Below, piece by piece: positions 60,001-64,000 of a stretch of 64,000 bases of DNA. Origin of the DNA: Eledone cirrhosa (lineage: Eukaryota). Within the stretch, counting starts at the first letter, position 1, and each line of letters begins with the position of its first letter. The stretch covers positions 620,001 to 684,000 of the forward strand of contig CAXHJY010000928.1 in NCBI GenBank assembly GCA_964016885.1, written 5' to 3'. Position numbers and translations under genes: made by a program. The notes under the pieces are model-generated. The model was not told the origin of the DNA and searched no databases. It saw nothing but the letters and a program-made list of their open reading frames with translations.

Positions 60001-60135
60001 TTACTACACTGTCATCATTGTATTAGTGGTGTTATGAGAGAGACATGAGACAACACTTACTACACTGTCATCATTGTGTTAGTGATGTTATGAGAGACAC
60101 AAGAGACAACACTTACTACACGGTCATCATTGTGT
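53820..60135. repeat. Mosaic duplicated blocks (offsets 3169 and 3725)
   Basis: GAGCCAAC 53872/57041 and AAGGGAC 54643/57812 give 3169. CATGTGAC 54868/58593, GACATCAC 55097/58822 and ACACGGTC 56397/60122 give 3725. The ends are approximate. Confidence 0.75.
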
Positions 60136-63100
60136 TAGTGTTGTTATGAGAGAGATGTTGAGACAGCACTTACTACACTGTCATCATTGTATTAGTGGTG
60201 TTATGAGAGAGACATGAGACAACACTTACTACACTGTCATCATTGTGTTAGTGATGTTATGAGAGAGACATGAGACAACACTTACTACACTGTCATCATT
60301 GTGTTACTGATGTTATGAGAGACACAAGAGACAACACTTACTACACTGTCATCATTGTTAGTGATGTTATGAGAGACACAAGAGTCAACACTTACTACAC
60401 TGTCATCATTGTGTTAGTGATGTTATGAGAGAGACATGAGACAACACTTACTACACTGTCATCATTGTGTTACTGATGTTATGAGAGACACAAGAGACAA
60501 CACTTACTACACTGTCATCATTGTTAGTGATGTTATGAGAGACACAAGAGACAACACTTACTACACTGTCATCATTGTGTTAGTGATGTTATGAGAGACA
60601 CAAACGACAACACTTACTACACTGTCATCATTGTGTTAGTGATGTTTTGAGAGACACAAGAGACAACACTTACTACACTGTCATCATTGTGTTAGTGATG
60701 TTATGAGAGAGACATGAGACAACACTTACTACACTGTCATCATTGTGTTAGTGATGTTATGAGAGAGACATGAGACAACACTTACTACGCTGTCATCATT
60801 GTATTAGTGGTGTTATGAGAGAGACATGAGACGACACTTGCTACACTGTCATCATTGTGTTAGTGATGTTATGAGAGACACAAGAGACAACACTTACTAC
60901 ACTGTCATCATTGTGTTAGTGATGTTATGAGAGACACAAGAGACAACACTTACTACGCTGTCATCATTGTGTTAGTGATGTTATGAGACAACACTTGCTA
61001 CACTGTCATCATTGTGTTAGTGATGTTATGAGAGAGACATGAGACAGCACTTACTACACTGCATTCATTGTGTTAGTGATGTTATGAGAGACACAAGAGA
61101 CAACACTTACTACGCTGTCATCATTGTGTTAGTGATGTTATGAGAGACACAAGAGACAACACTTACTACGCTGTCATCATTGTGTTAGTGATGTTATGAG
61201 ACAACACTTACTACACTGTCATCATTGTGTTAGTGATGTTATGAGAGAGACATGAGACAACACTTACTACAGTGTCATCATTGTGTTAGTGATGTTATGA
61301 GAGACACAAGAGACAACACTTACTACGCAGTCATCATTGTGTTATTGATGTTATGAGAGAGACATGAGACTACACTTACTACATTGTCATCATTGTGTTA
61401 GTGATGTTATGAGAGAGACATGAGACAACACTTACTACACTGTTATCATTGTGTTAGTGATGTTATGAGAGAGACATGAGACAACACTTACTACACTGTC
61501 ATCATTGTGTTAGTGATGTTATGAGAGAGACAAGAGACAACACTTACTACACTGTCATCATTGTTAGTGATGTTATGAGACACATGAGACTACACTTACT
61601 ACACTGTCATCATTGTGTTAGTGATTTGAGAGACACAAGAGACAACACTTACTACGCTGTCATCATTGTGTTAGTGATGTTATGAGAGAGACATGAGACA
61701 ACACTTACTACACTGTCATCATTGTATTAGTGGTGTTATGAGAGAGACATGAGACAACACTTACTACACTGTCATCATTGTGTTAGTGATGTTATGAGAT
61801 AGACATGAGACAACATTTACTACACTGTCATCATTGTATTAGTGATGTTATGAGAGAGACAAGAGACAACACTTACTACACTGTCATCATTGTATTAGTG
61901 GTGTTATGAGAGAGATGTTGAGACAGCACTTACTACACTCAGCATTGTGTTAGTGATGTTATGAGAGAGACATGAGACAACACTTACTACACTCTCATCA
62001 TTGTGTTAGTGATGTTATGAGAGAGACATGTGACAACACTTACTACGCTGTCATCATTGTATTAGTGGTGTTATGAGAGAGACATGAGACAACACTTACT
62101 ACGCTGTCATCATTGTGTTAGTGATGTTATGAGAGAGACATGAGACAGCACTTGCTACACTGTCATCATTGTGTTAGTGATGTAATGAGAGAGACATGAG
62201 ACAACACTTACTACACTGTCATCATTGTGTTAGTGATGTTATGAGAGAGACATGAGACAACACTTACTACACTGTCATCATTGTGTTACTGATGTTATGA
62301 GAGACACAAGAGACAACACTTACTACACTGTCATCATTGTTAGTGATGTTATGAGAGACACAAGAGACAACACTTACTACACTGTCATCATTGTGTTAGT
62401 GATGTTATGAGAGACACAAACGAAAACACTTACTACACTGTCATCATTGTGTTAGTGATGTTTTGTGAGACACAAGAGACAACACTGACTACACTGTCAT
62501 CATTGTGTTAGTGATGTTATGAGAGAGACATGAGACAACACTTACTACACTGTCATCATTGTGTTAGTGATGTTATGAGAGAGACATGAGACAACACTTA
62601 CTACACTGTCATCATTGTATTAGTGATGTTATGAGAGAGACAAGAGACAACACTTACTACACTGTCATCATTGTGTTAGTGTTGTTATGAGAGAGATGTT
62701 GAGACAGCATTTACTACACTGTCATCATTGTATTAGTGGTGTTATGAGAGAGACATGAGACAACACTTACTACACTGTCATCATTGTATTAGTGATGTTA
62801 TGAGAGAGATAAGAGACAACACTTACTACACTGTCATCATTGTATTAGTGGTGTTATGAGAGAGATGTTGAGACAGCACTTACTACACTGTCATCATTGT
62901 GTTAGTGATGTTATGAGAGAGACATGAGACAGCACTTACTACACTGCATTCATTGTGTTAGTGATGTTATGAGAGACACAAGAGACAACACTTTCTACGC
63001 TGTCATCATTGTGTTAGTGATGTTATGAGACAACACTTACTACACTGTCATCATTGTGTTAGTGATGTTATGAGAGAGACATGAGACAACACTTACTACA

Positions 63101-64000
63101 CTGTCATCATTGTGTTAGTGATGTTATGAGAGACACAAGAGACAACACTTACTACGCAGTCATCATTGTGTTATTGATGTTATGAGAGAGACATGAGACA
63201 ACACTTACTACATTGTCATCATTGTGTTAGTGATGTTATGAGAGAGACATGAGACAACACTTACTACACTGTTATCATTGTGTTAGTGATGTTATGAGAG
63301 AGACATGAGACAACACTTACTACACTGTCATCATTGTGTTAGTGATGTTATGAGAGAGACAAGAGACAACACTTACTACACTGTCATCATTTTTAGTGAT
63401 GTTATGAGAGACACAAGAGACAACACTTACTACACTGTCATCATTGTATTAGTGATGTTATGAGAGAGACAAGAGACAACACTTACTACACTGTCATCAT
63501 TGTATTAGTGGTGTTATGAGAGAGATGTTGAGACAGCACTTACTACACTGTCATCATTGTGTTAGTGATGTTATGAGAGAGACATGAGACAACACTTACT
63601 ACGCTGTCATCATTGTATTAGTGGTGTTATGAGAGAGACATGAGACGACACTTGCTACACTGTCATCATTGTGTTAGTGATGTTATGAGAGAGACATGAG
63701 ACAGCACTTACTACACTGCATTCATTGTGTTAGTGATGTTATGAGAGACACAAGAGACAACACTTACTACGCTGTCATCATTGTGTTAGTGATGTTATGA
63801 GAGAGACATGAGACAACACTTACTACACTGTCATCATTGTGTTAGTGATGTTATGAGAGACACAAGAGCCAACACTTACTACGCAGTCATCATTGTGTTA
63901 TTGATGTTATGAGAGAGACATGAGACAACACTTACTACACTGTTATCATTGTGTTAGTGATGTTATGAGAGAGACATGAGACAACACTTACTACACTGTC

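Larger units (their letters stand above)
1..64000. repeat. 56-bp tandem satellite array, head-to-tail, ~1,150 monomers, runs off both window ends
   Basis: The motif GACAACACTTACTACACTGTCATCATTGTG recurs with 56-bp spacing (e.g. starts at 1438 and 1494; a full consensus copy is 332-387). No unique sequence or orientation switch was seen. Copy number is estimated as 64000/~56. Confidence 0.99.
35701..64000. repeat. Satellite sub-domain B (variant set B)
   Basis: Variants seen only here: TTACTGATG (first at ~35773), CACAAACGAC (first at ~37520), GAGAAAGAC, GACGACACTTGCTAC, GAGCCAACAC...TACGCAG, CTGCATTCATT and CACTCAGCATT. Confidence 0.8.

Noticed and set aside
35904-61685. Seven near-identical 69-70 aa His/Cys-containing ORFs (MRQHLLHCHHC...) resembling a metal-binding peptide family
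   Set aside because: They are translations of about 4 satellite monomers. Because 56 is not a multiple of 3, the consensus hits stops, and these ORFs exist only where small deletions shift the frame past them. Their recurrence follows the block duplications, and there is no gene context.
1-64000. CRISPR-like array (regular spacing, partly palindromic repeat)
   Set aside because: There are no unique spacers: the variable part is a handful of recurrent point variants of one sequence. No leader or cas genes are present.
1-64000. Telomeric repeat (TTAGTG resembles TTAGGG; G/T-rich half)
   Set aside because: The motif occurs once per 56 bp, there are no G-runs, and strand skew reverses within each monomer, unlike telomerase-made repeats.
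1-64000. 168-bp (3x56) nucleosome-length higher-order unit
   Set aside because: Variant patterns show dimers and irregular multi-kb blocks but no trimer periodicity, so the length match alone is not evidence.
1-64000. Variant order as an information-storing code
   Set aside because: The order is adequately explained by nested duplications, deletions and slippage. Nothing in the window indicates a reading or writing mechanism.

Overview
The whole 64-kb window is one uninterrupted, single-orientation tandem array of a 56-bp monomer, roughly 1,150 copies. The consensus is GACAACACTTACTACACTGTCATCATTGTGTTAGTGATGTTATGAGAGAGACATGA (21/56 G+C, no CpG). I found no genes, RNA genes, transposon insertions or CRISPR spacers, and the eight ORFs in the track are translation artefacts of the repeat. 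It looks like eukaryotic satellite DNA, but I cannot assign an organism or a named family. The interest lies in its internal structure. (i) Each monomer is an imperfect fold-back built from about five 9-bp sub-units plus an 11-bp GA-rich spacer. (ii) Diagnostic variants split the array at ~35.7 kb into two sub-family domains. (iii) Rare variants reveal nested, near-identical multi-kb duplications (offsets 4741, 1941, ~8.8 kb, ~2.5 kb, 2933, 3826, 3169 and 3725 bp), and some of their breakpoints and relative order can be read directly. There is no fixed higher-order period. I see no evidence for a novel coding system. All offsets were derived by hand from marker variants and should be confirmed computationally.
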